Below the pieces are notes generated by a model. That model searched no databases. It had not been told where the DNA came from and saw only the letters and a program-made list of their open reading frames with translations. From Acidimicrobiia bacterium (GTDB lineage: Bacteria; Actinomycetota; Acidimicrobiia; IMCC26256; JAENVU01): 64,000 nucleotides of DNA. Of the stretch, positions 8,827 to 17,820 are shown piece by piece (position 1 is the stretch's first letter; each line of letters opens with the position of its first letter). Location of the stretch: assembly GCA_031422675.1 (NCBI GenBank), contig JANPMG010000041.1, forward strand, positions 7,166 to 71,165, in the 5' to 3' direction. Both the position numbers and the translations under genes were made by a program.

Positions 8827-9836
8827 GGTTGGCGCCGAAGTTCGGGCTTGGCCTGGCGCAACATCAGCGCGGGAACGATCTCCGCCGGAGTCCGACCCTC
8901 GTAGAGCACCGCGCCCACCTGCTCGGCAATCGGCATTTCCACGCCGTGCGCGGCGGCCAGTTCGAGCACCGCCTGCGTGGTCTTCACTCCTTCGGCCACC
9001 ATCTTCATCTCGGTGACGATGTCCTCGAGCTTGCGGCCCTGGCCGAGCGCAACCCCCACGGTCCGGTTCCGGCTCTTCTCGCTGGTGCAGGTGGCCACCA
9101 GATCGCCCATCCCAGCGAGTCCGGAGAACGTCATCGGATCGCCGCCGAGCGTGGCGCCGAGCCGCGCCAACTCGGCCAGACCACGGGTGATCAGCGCGGC
9201 CTTCGTGTTGTCCCCGTACCCGAGTCCGTGCGCGATCCCGGCCGCGAGCGCGATCACGTTCTTCAGCGCGCCCGCGATCTCACAGCCCACGACGTCGGGA
9301 TTGGTGTACACCCGGAACGTGCCGGTCATGAAGCACTGCTGCAGCTCCGCGGCCACGACGGGATCGCCGATAGCCACCACCGAGGCGGTCGGCTGGCCGA
9401 GCGCCACTTCGCGCGCCAAGTTCGGACCGGTCAGGACTCCGATGCGGTCCGCGCGGTGATCGGTGAGCACGGCCGCGATCACCTCGGTCATTCGTAGGAG
9501 CGTTCCCTGCTCCACCCCTTTGGACAAGCTCAGCACCGGGACGTCGGCACCGATCGCGGGCGCCGCGGTCTCGAGCACGGCTCGAAAACCGTGCGACGGC
9601 ACGCCCATGACCACCACATCCGCCCCGGTGCACGCGGCCACCAGATCCGAGGTGGCCCGCAACGATTCCGGGAGCGCGATGTCCGGGAGGTAGTCAGGAT
9701 TCTGATGCGTCGAATCGATGCGGGCGACCACCGCAGGGTCGCGCGCCCACAACACCGCGTCGCCGTTCACCGCCGCGATCGCGCCGACCGCCGTGCCCCA
9801 GGACCCGGCGCCGATCACCGCGATTCGCGGGCTCAT
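8823..9836 (-). CDS. gpsA: NAD(P)H-dependent glycerol-3-phosphate dehydrogenase
   Basis: IAVIGAGSWGTA Rossmann motif, then GPNLAREV and KNVIALAAG. 337 aa from ATG 9836. The track ORF 8823..11903 is this gene plus a spurious upstream extension. Confidence 0.95.
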   Translation of the reverse strand: MSPRIAVIGAGSWGTAVGAIAAVNGDAVLWARDPAVVARIDSTHQNPDYLPDIALPESLRATSDLVAACTGADVVVMGVPSHGFRAVLETAAPAIGADVPVLSLSKGVEQGTLLRMTEVIAAVLTDHRADRIGVLTGPNLAREVALGQPTASVVAIGDPVVAAELQQCFMTGTFRVYTNPDVVGCEIAGALKNVIALAAGIAHGLGYGDNTKAALITRGLAELARLGATLGGDPMTFSGLAGMGDLVATCTSEKSRNRTVGVALGQGRKLEDIVTEMKMVAEGVKTTQAVLELAAAHGVEMPIAEQVGAVLYEGRTPAEIVPALMLRQAKPELRRQP

Positions 9837-10534
9837 CGACAGCTCCGAAGCACTGCCGTCTCCGGTGGGCGCACCCACCAGTCGCCTTCGTTCGGCGTGG
9901 GCGACTGCGGGTACGCCGCGCGCGCCCGCCGAACCTGGCCGCAGATGGCGTCCATGATCCAGTCCGTCGCCTCGCTCACGTCCGCGTCGGGCGCAATGGT
10001 CAACGGCGCACCGATTTCGACGACCTCGGCGATGCCGGAACGCCAACGCGGCTTGCGGCCTTTGAACATGATCCGATGGAGTCCCCACAGGCCGACGGGG
10101 ACCACCGGTGCCCCCGTCGCCGCCGCGAGCCGGGCCGTGCCGGTCTTGCCCACCATGGGTTCGAGGTCGAGCGAGATCGTGCCTTCCGGAAAGACTGCGA
10201 TGCACCGACCCGCCCGCAGCGCATCTTCTGCCGCCGCGAGCGAGTTCGCGGCGTCGGCCGTGCCGCGCTTGACCGGGATGTGACCGATCGATCGAAACAA
10301 CGGTCCGATGACGGGCTTGGCAAACAGTTCGTCCTTCGTGAGGAACCGAGTGCGCCGGCCCCGCTTCGTCGCGAAGTACCCGAGCGCCAACGGGTCCAAG
10401 TACGAGACGTGATTCGCCGCGAGGATCACCGGTCCTTCGGTCGGAATGTGCTCCAGACCGTTGAGCGACCACTTGATGCCCAGATGCATCGGCGGGTACA
10501 GCACACCGCGCACGCCATCGAAGATGAGGTTCAC
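9833..10534 (-). CDS. plsC: 1-acyl-sn-glycerol-3-phosphate acyltransferase
   Basis: NHVSYLDP (HX4D-type) and FPEGT motifs. There is a 4-nt overlap with gpsA. Confidence 0.9.
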   Translation of the reverse strand: MNLIFDGVRGVLYPPMHLGIKWSLNGLEHIPTEGPVILAANHVSYLDPLALGYFATKRGRRTRFLTKDELFAKPVIGPLFRSIGHIPVKRGTADAANSLAAAEDALRAGRCIAVFPEGTISLDLEPMVGKTGTARLAAATGAPVVPVGLWGLHRIMFKGRKPRWRSGIAEVVEIGAPLTIAPDADVSEATDWIMDAICGQVRRARAAYPQSPTPNEGDWWVRPPETAVLRSCR

Positions 10535-10557
10535 GGGCCGGTAGCATACGCAGCCCC

Positions 10558-11142
10558 ATGCAGCCCGGCCCCGGTTCCCCCCCGCCCGCCGGGGTCGTGA
10601 TTCCGTTGCGCGCCTTCGCGTCCGGGAAGGCGCGCCTCGCCTCGGTCCTCGGCGATGCCGAGCGCACCACGCTGGCCCGCACCATGGCGACCTGCGTTGT
10701 CGACGCGTGCGGGGACCTACCGGTCGTGGTGGTCAGCTCGGCAGCGGAGGTCCAGGCCTGGGCCCGCGAACGCGACATTCCGGTGATCGACGATCCCGGA
10801 ACCGGTCTCGACGGTGCGGCGACCGTGGGCGCTGAGTATTTCGGTCGGCGCGGCGCCGTGCGGGTCGTGGTCGCCCATGCCGATCTCCCCCGCGCCCGGC
10901 CCGGTGCGCTGGTCCCGTTCTCGCTCATCGCGCCGGCGACGGTGGCGATCGTGCCGTGCCATCGCGACGACGGCAACCCCGTCATTTCGGTCCCCACCTC
11001 GCCGCCGTTTCCCTTCGCGTACGGGGTCGGCTCCGCTCGTCGGCACGCCCAGATCGCCCGGGACCTGGGACTCGCGGTCGAGATCGTGCGGGACCCCGAC
11101 CTGGGATTCGACGTCGACCTCCCCGAAGACCTCGCGGGCTGA
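10558..11142 (+). CDS. cofC: 2-phospho-L-lactate / phosphoenolpyruvate guanylyltransferase (F420 biosynthesis)
   Basis: VVIPLRAFASGKARL N-terminus and the C-terminal D.D.PEDL pattern are typical of CofC/FbiD. 194 aa. Confidence 0.7.
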   Translation: MQPGPGSPPPAGVVIPLRAFASGKARLASVLGDAERTTLARTMATCVVDACGDLPVVVVSSAAEVQAWARERDIPVIDDPGTGLDGAATVGAEYFGRRGAVRVVVAHADLPRARPGALVPFSLIAPATVAIVPCHRDDGNPVISVPTSPPFPFAYGVGSARRHAQIARDLGLAVEIVRDPDLGFDVDLPEDLAG

Positions 11143-11144
11143 GC

Positions 11145-11897
11145 ATGAACTCCGACTCGATACCCGCCCCGGAGTGTGCGCTTGCGATCGGCGCCCATCC
11201 CGACGACATCGAGTTCGGCGCCGGCGCCACCCTGGCGCGCTGGGCGGCGGCGGGAACCGATGTTCACTTCCTCATCCTCACCGACGGCTCCAAGGGCAGT
11301 TGGGCGGTTGGGGATGACCTCGACGCGTTGGTCACCACGCGGTACGCCGAGGCGCGCGATGCGGCAACCGCGCTCGCGCGGGCCCGAGTGCATTTCGGCG
11401 GCTTCATCGACGGCGAACTCGAGAGTGATCGCAGCGGACGGCAGTTGGTCTGCCGCGTCGTGCGCGACGTGCGGCCGAACGTCGTCCTGGGCCATGACCC
11501 GTGGCAGCGGTACCGCCTGCACCCCGATCATCGCAATGCGGGCTGGCTGACCGTCGACGGCATCGTCGCGGCACGCGATCCTCACTTCTTCGCGGGAGTC
11601 GGCGGCCCGCATCACCGACCCGACGGGCTGTTGCTCTTCGAGGCCGACGAGCCGAACCACTTCGAACCCGCGGCGGGCTGGACCGACGCAAAGGTCGAGG
11701 CGCTGCTCTGCCACCGAAGTCAGTGGCGTTCGACCATGGGAATCGACCCGGACCTCGACGCCGATGACCGCAGCCATGCGATCGAGGCCTTCCGTGCGCG
11801 CGTCGTCGGAGCGATGCGCCGCGATCGCGGGCCTAACGATCGCGGGCCCGACGATCGCGGGCCCGTCGAAGGGTTTCGGTACATCGCCGAACTCTGA
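11145..11897 (+). CDS. PIG-L/LmbE family deacetylase
   Basis: AIGAHPDDIEFGAGATLARW...LTDGSKGSW signature. The ATG lies 2 nt after the cofC stop. Confidence 0.85.
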   Translation: MNSDSIPAPECALAIGAHPDDIEFGAGATLARWAAAGTDVHFLILTDGSKGSWAVGDDLDALVTTRYAEARDAATALARARVHFGGFIDGELESDRSGRQLVCRVVRDVRPNVVLGHDPWQRYRLHPDHRNAGWLTVDGIVAARDPHFFAGVGGPHHRPDGLLLFEADEPNHFEPAAGWTDAKVEALLCHRSQWRSTMGIDPDLDADDRSHAIEAFRARVVGAMRRDRGPNDRGPDDRGPVEGFRYIAEL

Positions 11898-11933
11898 GAC
11901 CATCCCCCGGTGACCTGGGCCGGTACCGGACGC

Positions 11934-11967
11934 GATTCGGGGGAGGTCCGAAGACCTCCCCCGAATC
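11934..11967. terminator. Perfect 15-bp hairpin (GATTCGGGGGAGGTC-CGAA-GACCTCCCCCGAATC) between convergent genes
   Basis: Read directly. It lies between the PIG-L stop (11897) and the histone-like gene stop (12009). There is no U-tract, so it would be a bidirectional terminator-like structure. Confidence 0.55.
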
Positions 11968-12008
11968 CGTCAGCGACCGGAGGCCGCCCGTTGACGCTGG
12001 TGTTGTTG

Positions 12009-12278
12009 CTACTTGCGCTTGGCGGCCTTGCGCTTCGCCGGAGCCTTCTTCTTCGCGGCCTTGCGCTTCGCGGGGGCCTTCTTCGCGGCCTTGCGCTTCG
12101 CAGGAGCCTTCTTCTTCGCAGCCTTCTTGGTGGCCTTCTTCGCGGCCTTCTTGGCTGGGGTCTTCTTCTTCGCAGCCTTACGCTTCGCGGGGGCCTTCTT
12201 CGCGGCCTTGCGCTTCGCCGGGGCCTTCTTGGCCGCCGTCTTACGCGTGCTTCGCTTTGCTGGAGGCATGCTCATCAC
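12009..12278 (-). CDS. Lys/Ala-rich histone H1-like / HupB-C-terminal-like DNA-binding protein
   Basis: 89 aa, almost entirely AKKA/PAKRKAAKK repeats. The underlying DNA is itself tandemly repetitive. Confidence 0.7.
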   Translation of the reverse strand: MMSMPPAKRSTRKTAAKKAPAKRKAAKKAPAKRKAAKKKTPAKKAAKKATKKAAKKKAPAKRKAAKKAPAKRKAAKKKAPAKRKAAKRK

Positions 12279-12984
12279 TTTCTGTTGTCTACTGGGAACG
12301 AGTTCGGGTCGAACCCCAGTATGTGTTCGACCCTCTCGTGTTCACAGTGAACCGGTCGTGCACGTGGTGCACTTCCGAACTCGTTCACCGCGATCTCTTG
12401 TCTACCCGCAACTGCGAGAACTCACTCTCGACGTTGCCGGCGCGAATGTCATCGTCGGACACCTGACTGGAAACCTGAACCTCGCGGTCGACGCCGCGCA
12501 ATTTCTCTCCGCCGTTCATGTTCACTGCACATGGAAACCCATTCCGGGCGCGACGTCAAGCATTTCCGCATCAATGCGCGCACCAAACAGCACCGCGCGC
12601 GCGACACGACGCACGCGCGCGACACGACGCGCGCGTGCGTACAACGCGCGCTGCGTCGATGGATGCGGGAGAATCGCGTCGACATGACCACGCGCAGTGG
12701 CAACTTTCGCGCGAGCGCGTGCGCGCGTGAACTCGTCACACGCGCGAAAAAATCTTTTCGCCGGCGCGCACAAAACCCGCGCATCGCGACGAAAAACTGT
12801 TTGTGCACCACGCACGCGGTCGACGACGGCGCGTGTCCAACCCGGAGTCGGCGATTCGTGTGACGCGCGCGCTTCGAGCGAGGCGCAACCCGGGCCGCGT
12901 CATCGGTGCGCGCGTCGTGGGCGCGTGAGCACGTGTCGGTTTCGATCCACGGGCGCGAACTCGAATACCGGTCGCGGACGCGGT

Positions 12985-13012
12985 GAAGCCCGGGACGAGA
13001 GTCCCGGGCTTC
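12985..13012 (-). terminator. 12-bp hairpin (GAAGCCCGGGAC-GAGA-GTCCCGGGCTTC) directly downstream of tRNA-Glu
   Basis: Perfect inverted repeat 6 nt past the tRNA 3' end on the minus strand. There is no clear U-tract. Confidence 0.5.
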
Positions 13013-13018
13013 GAGGGG

Positions 13019-13091
13019 TAGCCCCGAGCAGATTCGAACTGCCGTTACCGCCTTGAGAGGGCGGCGTCCTAGGCCACTAGACGACGGGGCC
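13019..13091 (-). tRNA. tRNA-Glu (anticodon CUC)
   Basis: The reverse complement GGCCCCGTCGTCTAGTGGCCTAGGACGCCGCCCTCTCAAGGCGGTAACGGCAGTTCGAATCTGCTCGGGGCTA folds as a cloverleaf. It aligns position-for-position with E. coli tRNA-Glu. CCA is not encoded. Confidence 0.95.
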
Positions 13092-13121
13092 GCGTTCCAC
13101 CGAGAGCAGACTCTCGGCGAG

Positions 13122-13193
13122 CTCGGGGGGGAGGACTCGAACCCCCAAAGGCAGGATCAGAACCTGCTGTGTTGCCGATTACACCACCCCCGA
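13122..13193 (-). tRNA. tRNA-Gln (anticodon CUG)
   Basis: The reverse complement is TCGGGGGTGGTGTAATCGGCAACACAGCAGGTTCTGATCCTGCCTTTGGGGGTTCGAGTCCTCCCCCCCGAG. The acceptor stem is TCGGGGG/CCCCCGA, the anticodon loop is TTCTGAT and the T-loop is TTCGAGT. Confidence 0.95.
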
Positions 13194-13279
13194 ATGGGCC
13201 AGATGATCATAGCCGGAGGGGTTCATCGGCCCTGAAGTCGACCCGGAGTCAAGCCCCGTCGTCGAGCCGGCCGACCGAC

Positions 13280-14695
13280 TCAGAGACGGGTGCGGGCGCG
13301 TTGGAGACGAGCACGCGATTCATCGCGTCCGAGGAGTGCCATGGAGTCGAACAGCGGCAACCCCGCGGGCCGACCCTCGATCGCGACGTAGAGGAGCTTC
13401 ATCACCTTCCCCGGTTTCAACCCGAGGTCCTTGATGGCGGTTCGCATCTCACCGATCGCGTCGACGGTCCAGTCGCACGCGTCGACGTGCGCGATGACCG
13501 CATCCAGCACCGCCTCGGGTTGCTCGACCGCGACCGCGGCCTCCCAAGCATCGTCGGCGACCGCGAACTCGGCGCCGGCGAACAGGAAATCCATCTGATC
13601 GGCCAACGCGACCAGCGTGCTCGCGCGCTCCTGACCAACGGTCACCGCCGCCAGCAGGACCGACTCATCGAGTCCCGCGCCGTACCGTTCACGCGCCAGC
13701 GGTCGTACTCGATCGACGATCTCAGGGGTGGGGAGTCGGCGGATCCACTCGCCGTTGATCCATTCCAGCTTTTTGTCGTCGAAGATCGCCGCCGAGTGCG
13801 TGACGCGCTCGAGGGTGAACGCGCGCACGATCTCGTCGCGGTCCATGACCTCGCGGTCGTCGTCGGGGGCCCAACCCAACAACGTGAGGTAGTTGAACAG
13901 CGCCTCCGCGAGAATCCCGCGTGACCGGAAGTCTTCGACCGCCACCGCGCCGTGCCGCTTCGACAGCTTGGAGCGGTCCGCCTGGAGGATCAACGGCAGG
14001 TGGGCGTAGGTCGGCACGGCCGCATCGCTCAACGCGGCTCGGATCGCGAGAACGCGGTGCGTCGTGTCGATGAGATCCTCACCCCGGATGACGTGGGTGA
14101 TCCCCATCGCGAGGTCGTCGACGGCGTTGGCCAGGAAGAACAACGGCGATCCGTCCGAGCGGACGATCACGAAGTCCGAGATCGTGGACCAGTCGACGCT
14201 GACTTCGCCCCGGACGACGTCGAGGAAGCTGCTCCGGCCGGTGTCGGGCGTGCGGAACCGGACCGTACGCGGGCGACCCTCCGCCGCGAGCTCGGCCCGA
14301 CGGGCCGCTGAGAGGTCCCGATGGCGCCCGTCGTAGCCGGGGGGCAACCCCGCAGCCTTCCGCTGCGCGTTCATCGCATCGAGCTCGGCGGGCGTGTCGT
14401 AGCACTCGTAGGCCGCACCGGACGCCAGCAACGTGTCGGCGGCGGCGAGGTATTCACCGATCCGCGCGGACTGGCGCCACGGTGGCTCGTCCCAGTCCAG
14501 GCCCAGCCAGCGCATCGTCTCGCCGATGGCGTCGACCCATTCCTCCCGCGTGCGCGACGAGTCCGTGTCTTCGATCCGCACCAGGAACGCACCGCCGGTG
14601 TGGCGGGCGTAGAGCCAGTTGAACAGTGCCGTGCGCGCGCTGCCGACGTGCAGCTCGCCGCTCGGCGCCGGTGAGAAGCGAACCCGTTCGGTCAT
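13280..14695 (-). CDS. gltX: glutamate--tRNA ligase
   Basis: RFSPAPSGELHVGSARTALFNWLYAR (HIGH-type) and KLSKRHG (KMSKS) motifs. ATG at 14695. The upstream part of the track ORF is Arg-rich junk. Confidence 0.95.
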   Translation of the reverse strand: MTERVRFSPAPSGELHVGSARTALFNWLYARHTGGAFLVRIEDTDSSRTREEWVDAIGETMRWLGLDWDEPPWRQSARIGEYLAAADTLLASGAAYECYDTPAELDAMNAQRKAAGLPPGYDGRHRDLSAARRAELAAEGRPRTVRFRTPDTGRSSFLDVVRGEVSVDWSTISDFVIVRSDGSPLFFLANAVDDLAMGITHVIRGEDLIDTTHRVLAIRAALSDAAVPTYAHLPLILQADRSKLSKRHGAVAVEDFRSRGILAEALFNYLTLLGWAPDDDREVMDRDEIVRAFTLERVTHSAAIFDDKKLEWINGEWIRRLPTPEIVDRVRPLARERYGAGLDESVLLAAVTVGQERASTLVALADQMDFLFAGAEFAVADDAWEAAVAVEQPEAVLDAVIAHVDACDWTVDAIGEMRTAIKDLGLKPGKVMKLLYVAIEGRPAGLPLFDSMALLGRDESRARLQRARTRL

Positions 14696-15258
14696 TGCGC
14701 GCCGGACGGCGCCTCGGCGGCATCGCCACGGTCCACGGCGGCGATCGCGCGCCGCGCATCGTCGAGGTGCTCGGCGAGCGCCGCCGGCGCGCGCCGGAGC
14801 AACGAGACGTCCACCGCGTCCGCGATCCGACGACGGACCACATATTCGTGGTGCGCGCCGCGGATGACCCCGGGTCGCCACGCTTTGACATCGGCGGGCG
14901 CAGGAGCGCCGAACCCGAGCAGCTCGGAGGCGAAATCAATGTCGACCGTGGTCGGCGCCCGACCGAAGCTCGCAGCACGTTTCATCGCCACCTCGGCGAT
15001 CACCGCCAGCGCGTCGTCAGCGTGCTCCGCCGATTCGAGCCGCAGCCGCTCACGCGAGCGCCGTGCGAGCGAGAGCGCAAAGCCCACGTTCGGTCCCGGT
15101 GAACCGGTCAGGGGGCCACGCGGCATCTGCGCGACATCGTCCCCCGGCCGGTCCGCGCGCCAGGCGCGCGCCGGGGGCATCGAGACGCCGGACGCGAAGT
15201 TCTGCTCCTGACGCGGCTTCTCGTCGGCGGGGATCGGGACGTACGGATCGGTGGGCAC
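14692..15258 (-). CDS. hypothetical protein (188 aa)
   Basis: It has a 4-nt overlap with the gltX start and begins 9 nt after the cimA stop, so it looks operonic. No family recognised. Confidence 0.6.
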   Translation of the reverse strand: MPTDPYVPIPADEKPRQEQNFASGVSMPPARAWRADRPGDDVAQMPRGPLTGSPGPNVGFALSLARRSRERLRLESAEHADDALAVIAEVAMKRAASFGRAPTTVDIDFASELLGFGAPAPADVKAWRPGVIRGAHHEYVVRRRIADAVDVSLLRRAPAALAEHLDDARRAIAAVDRGDAAEAPSGAQ

Positions 15259-15267
15259 GGCTGATGG

Positions 15268-16911
15268 CTACCCGCGCGCCTCGGCCCGGAGCAAGCCATA
15301 GACGATCGAATCCGAGAGCGCCTGCCAACTTGCCTCGATGATGTTCTCGCTGACGCCGATGGTGGTCCAGGTCTCCTCACCGTCGGTGCTGTCGAGCAAT
15401 ACGCGCGTGATCGCGCCGGTCCCGTGTTGGGTATCGAGCACGCGCACCTTGTAATCGGTGAGGTGCAGCCGGTCCAGGGCGGGATACCGGCCCGCGAGCG
15501 CGGTCCGCAGCGCGCGGTCGAGCGCGTTGACGGGTCCGTTGCCCTCCGCAGTGGCAATCGAACGAACGTCACCCACATAGATCTTGATCGTCGCCTCGGT
15601 GAGCACACCATCGGGGCTCTCGCCCGCGGTGGTGGTGGGACTCGCGTCGTCGGTGATCACCCGGAACGACTCCACCCGGAACCAACCCGGTTCCCACCCG
15701 GAGGCACGACGCATCAGCAGTTCGAGGGACGCGTCGGCCACCTCGAAGTGATACCCCTCGTGCTCGAGATGCTTGAGCGTGTCCACCACCTGGTTGACGG
15801 TGGGACCGTCGAGTTCGAGGCCGAGTTCACGCGCCTTGAGTTCGATGGTGGATCGACCCGCCAGCTCGGACATCACGAAACGCGTGCCGTTGCCGACGAT
15901 GTCCGGTGGGATGTGCTCATACGCGTCCGGCCGCTTGATGATCGCGCTGACGTGCAAGCCGGCCTTGTGCGCGAACGCCGAGGAACCGACGTACGCGGCC
16001 TGCGGGTTCAGGGACATGTTGACCAGCTCGGCCACATGGTGAGCCACGGGCGTGAGTCGCTCCATGCGTTCGGGCGGCAACGTCTCGATCCCCATCTTCA
16101 GCGTGAGGTTCGGGATGATCGTGGTGAGGTTGCAGTTTCCGGTGCGTTCGCCGTACCCGTTGATGGTGCCCTGGACCTGGGTGGCACCGCCCCGAACCCC
16201 GGCGAGCGCGTTGGCGACGCCGCAACCGGTGTCGTCGTGCAGGTGGACGCCCACCTGGACGTCGGCCCCCACGTACTCGACCACCGATCGGACGGTGGCT
16301 TCCACGTCGTGCGGCAGGCTCCCACCGTTCGTGTCACACAGCACGAGGCAGTCGGCGCCCGCCTGTACCGCGCCTTCGAGCACCCGCAGGCTGAACTCGG
16401 GGTTGGCGGCGAACCCGTCGAAGAAGTGCTCGGCATCGAAGTGGACCTCACGTCCGAGATCCTTCAGGTACGCAATCGAATCCGAGACCATGAGTACGCC
16501 TTCGTCGAGCGTGGTGTCGAGGGCTTCGAGCACGTGGTAGTCCCAGCACTTGCCCACGATGCAGACCGTCGCGGTGTTGGCGTCGACGAGATGGCGCAGC
16601 GTGTCGTCGGAGTCGACCTTGCCCTTCTTCCGGCGGGTCATCCCGAAGGCGACGAGGGTGCTCGTCTCGAGCTGGAGCTCGGCCTGGGCGCGGCGAAAGA
16701 ACTCGTCGTCCTTCGGGTTCGCGCCCGGCCACCCCGCTTCGATGTAGTGGACTCCCAACCAATCGAGCTGTTCGGCAATGCGCAGCTTGTCGTCGACGGT
16801 CAGTGAGATGCCCTCGAGCTGCGAACCGTCGCGCAGAGTGGTGTCATAGATCTCGACGCGCGCCGGGAGGCCCGGCGCTCGCACTTTCCCTCTCCGCTCA
16901 TTCGTCGACAT
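15268..16911 (-). CDS. cimA: citramalate synthase / LeuA-family alpha-keto-acid condensing enzyme
   Basis: IYDTTLRDGSQLEGISLTVDDKLRIAEQLDWLGVHYIEAGWPGANPKDDEFF is the CimA-type (TIGR00977-like) N-terminus, and a LeuA-dimer-like C-terminus is present. I chose the ATG at 16911. Confidence 0.8.
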   Translation of the reverse strand: MSTNERRGKVRAPGLPARVEIYDTTLRDGSQLEGISLTVDDKLRIAEQLDWLGVHYIEAGWPGANPKDDEFFRRAQAELQLETSTLVAFGMTRRKKGKVDSDDTLRHLVDANTATVCIVGKCWDYHVLEALDTTLDEGVLMVSDSIAYLKDLGREVHFDAEHFFDGFAANPEFSLRVLEGAVQAGADCLVLCDTNGGSLPHDVEATVRSVVEYVGADVQVGVHLHDDTGCGVANALAGVRGGATQVQGTINGYGERTGNCNLTTIIPNLTLKMGIETLPPERMERLTPVAHHVAELVNMSLNPQAAYVGSSAFAHKAGLHVSAIIKRPDAYEHIPPDIVGNGTRFVMSELAGRSTIELKARELGLELDGPTVNQVVDTLKHLEHEGYHFEVADASLELLMRRASGWEPGWFRVESFRVITDDASPTTTAGESPDGVLTEATIKIYVGDVRSIATAEGNGPVNALDRALRTALAGRYPALDRLHLTDYKVRVLDTQHGTGAITRVLLDSTDGEETWTTIGVSENIIEASWQALSDSIVYGLLRAEARG

Positions 16912-17818
16912 GCTCACACCAGTTCTTGTAGGTGTCGGTCTGGCCACGCACGGCTTTCGCGTACTCGGCCGCGATCAGTTCGGTGATCGGTCCGGGGCAC
17001 GGGATCGCCCGGTCGTCGACGGAGTTGACCGCGCTCACCTCCGCGGCGGTCCCACAGACGAACATCTCCTCGGCGACGTAGAGATCGCTGCGGGTGAGTT
17101 GGTCCACCCGGACGTCGATCCCGTGATCGCGCGCGATCGTCATCACCGAATCCTGGGTGATGCCCTCCAACGCGCCGGCCGAGATCGGCGGCGTCACGAG
17201 CACCCCGTTGCGCGCCACGAAGATGTTCTCGCCCGTGCACTCGCTCACGTATCCGTCGAGGTTGAGCATGATCGCTTCGTCGTAGCCGGCCTTCAGCGCT
17301 TCGACCTTGGCGAGCGACGAGTTCACGTAGTTCCCGGTGGTCTTGGACGCGGGCGGCATGACGTTGTGGTCGTGACGGGCCCACGAGCTGATCTTCATGC
17401 GCACCCCCTTCGACGCCGCGTCGTCACCGAGGTAGGCACCCCACGGCCAGCAGGCGACCGAGACGTCGACCGAGCACGGCAGTGTGTTGAGTCCCATCTC
17501 GCCGTACCCGTAGTACGCGATCGGCCGCAGGTAACAGCTCGGCAACCCCGACGCCCGGACGGTGTCCTTGCACGCCTGCACCAGATCGTCCACCGAGTAC
17601 GGGATCTCCATCATCAGAATTTTCGCGGAGTTGAACAGTCGCTCGATGTGCTCGGTGAGCCGGAAGATGGCCGGGCCGCGATCGGTCTCGTACGCGCGGA
17701 TGCCCTCGAACACTCCGGTGCCGTAGTGGAGCGAGTGGGTGAGGACGTGAATGCGCGCGTCGTCCCACGGGACGAGCGAGCCGTTCATCCAGATCTCGTT
17801 GGTCGATTCGATTGGCAT
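16898..17818 (-). CDS. ilvE: branched-chain amino acid aminotransferase (class IV)
   Basis: 306 aa with GVFEG.RAY, YLRP and LEGITR motifs. Confidence 0.95.
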   Translation of the reverse strand: MPIESTNEIWMNGSLVPWDDARIHVLTHSLHYGTGVFEGIRAYETDRGPAIFRLTEHIERLFNSAKILMMEIPYSVDDLVQACKDTVRASGLPSCYLRPIAYYGYGEMGLNTLPCSVDVSVACWPWGAYLGDDAASKGVRMKISSWARHDHNVMPPASKTTGNYVNSSLAKVEALKAGYDEAIMLNLDGYVSECTGENIFVARNGVLVTPPISAGALEGITQDSVMTIARDHGIDVRVDQLTRSDLYVAEEMFVCGTAAEVSAVNSVDDRAIPCPGPITELIAAEYAKAVRGQTDTYKNWCEHVDE

Positions 17819-17820
17819 GG

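Noticed and set aside
8823-11903. A 1026-aa ORF, the longest in the track
   Set aside because: Only the last 337 codons (gpsA, from ATG 9836) show protein-like sequence. The upstream two thirds are Arg/Gly/Pro-rich. They are antisense to, or out of frame with, the well-supported plsC, cofC and PIG-L genes. This is a typical GC-driven open frame.
12449-13056. Several 70-120-aa ORFs in the tRNA-proximal gap
   Set aside because: Their translations are Arg/Cys/His/Thr-rich nonsense on both strands, and they overlap each other in all frames. I treated the region as non-coding.
12279-13193. Prophage or integrative element at the tRNA-Gln/tRNA-Glu locus
   Set aside because: I could find no integrase, no phage-like genes and no direct repeat of a tRNA 3' end. 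Only a 740-bp odd non-coding stretch is present, and that is reported separately.
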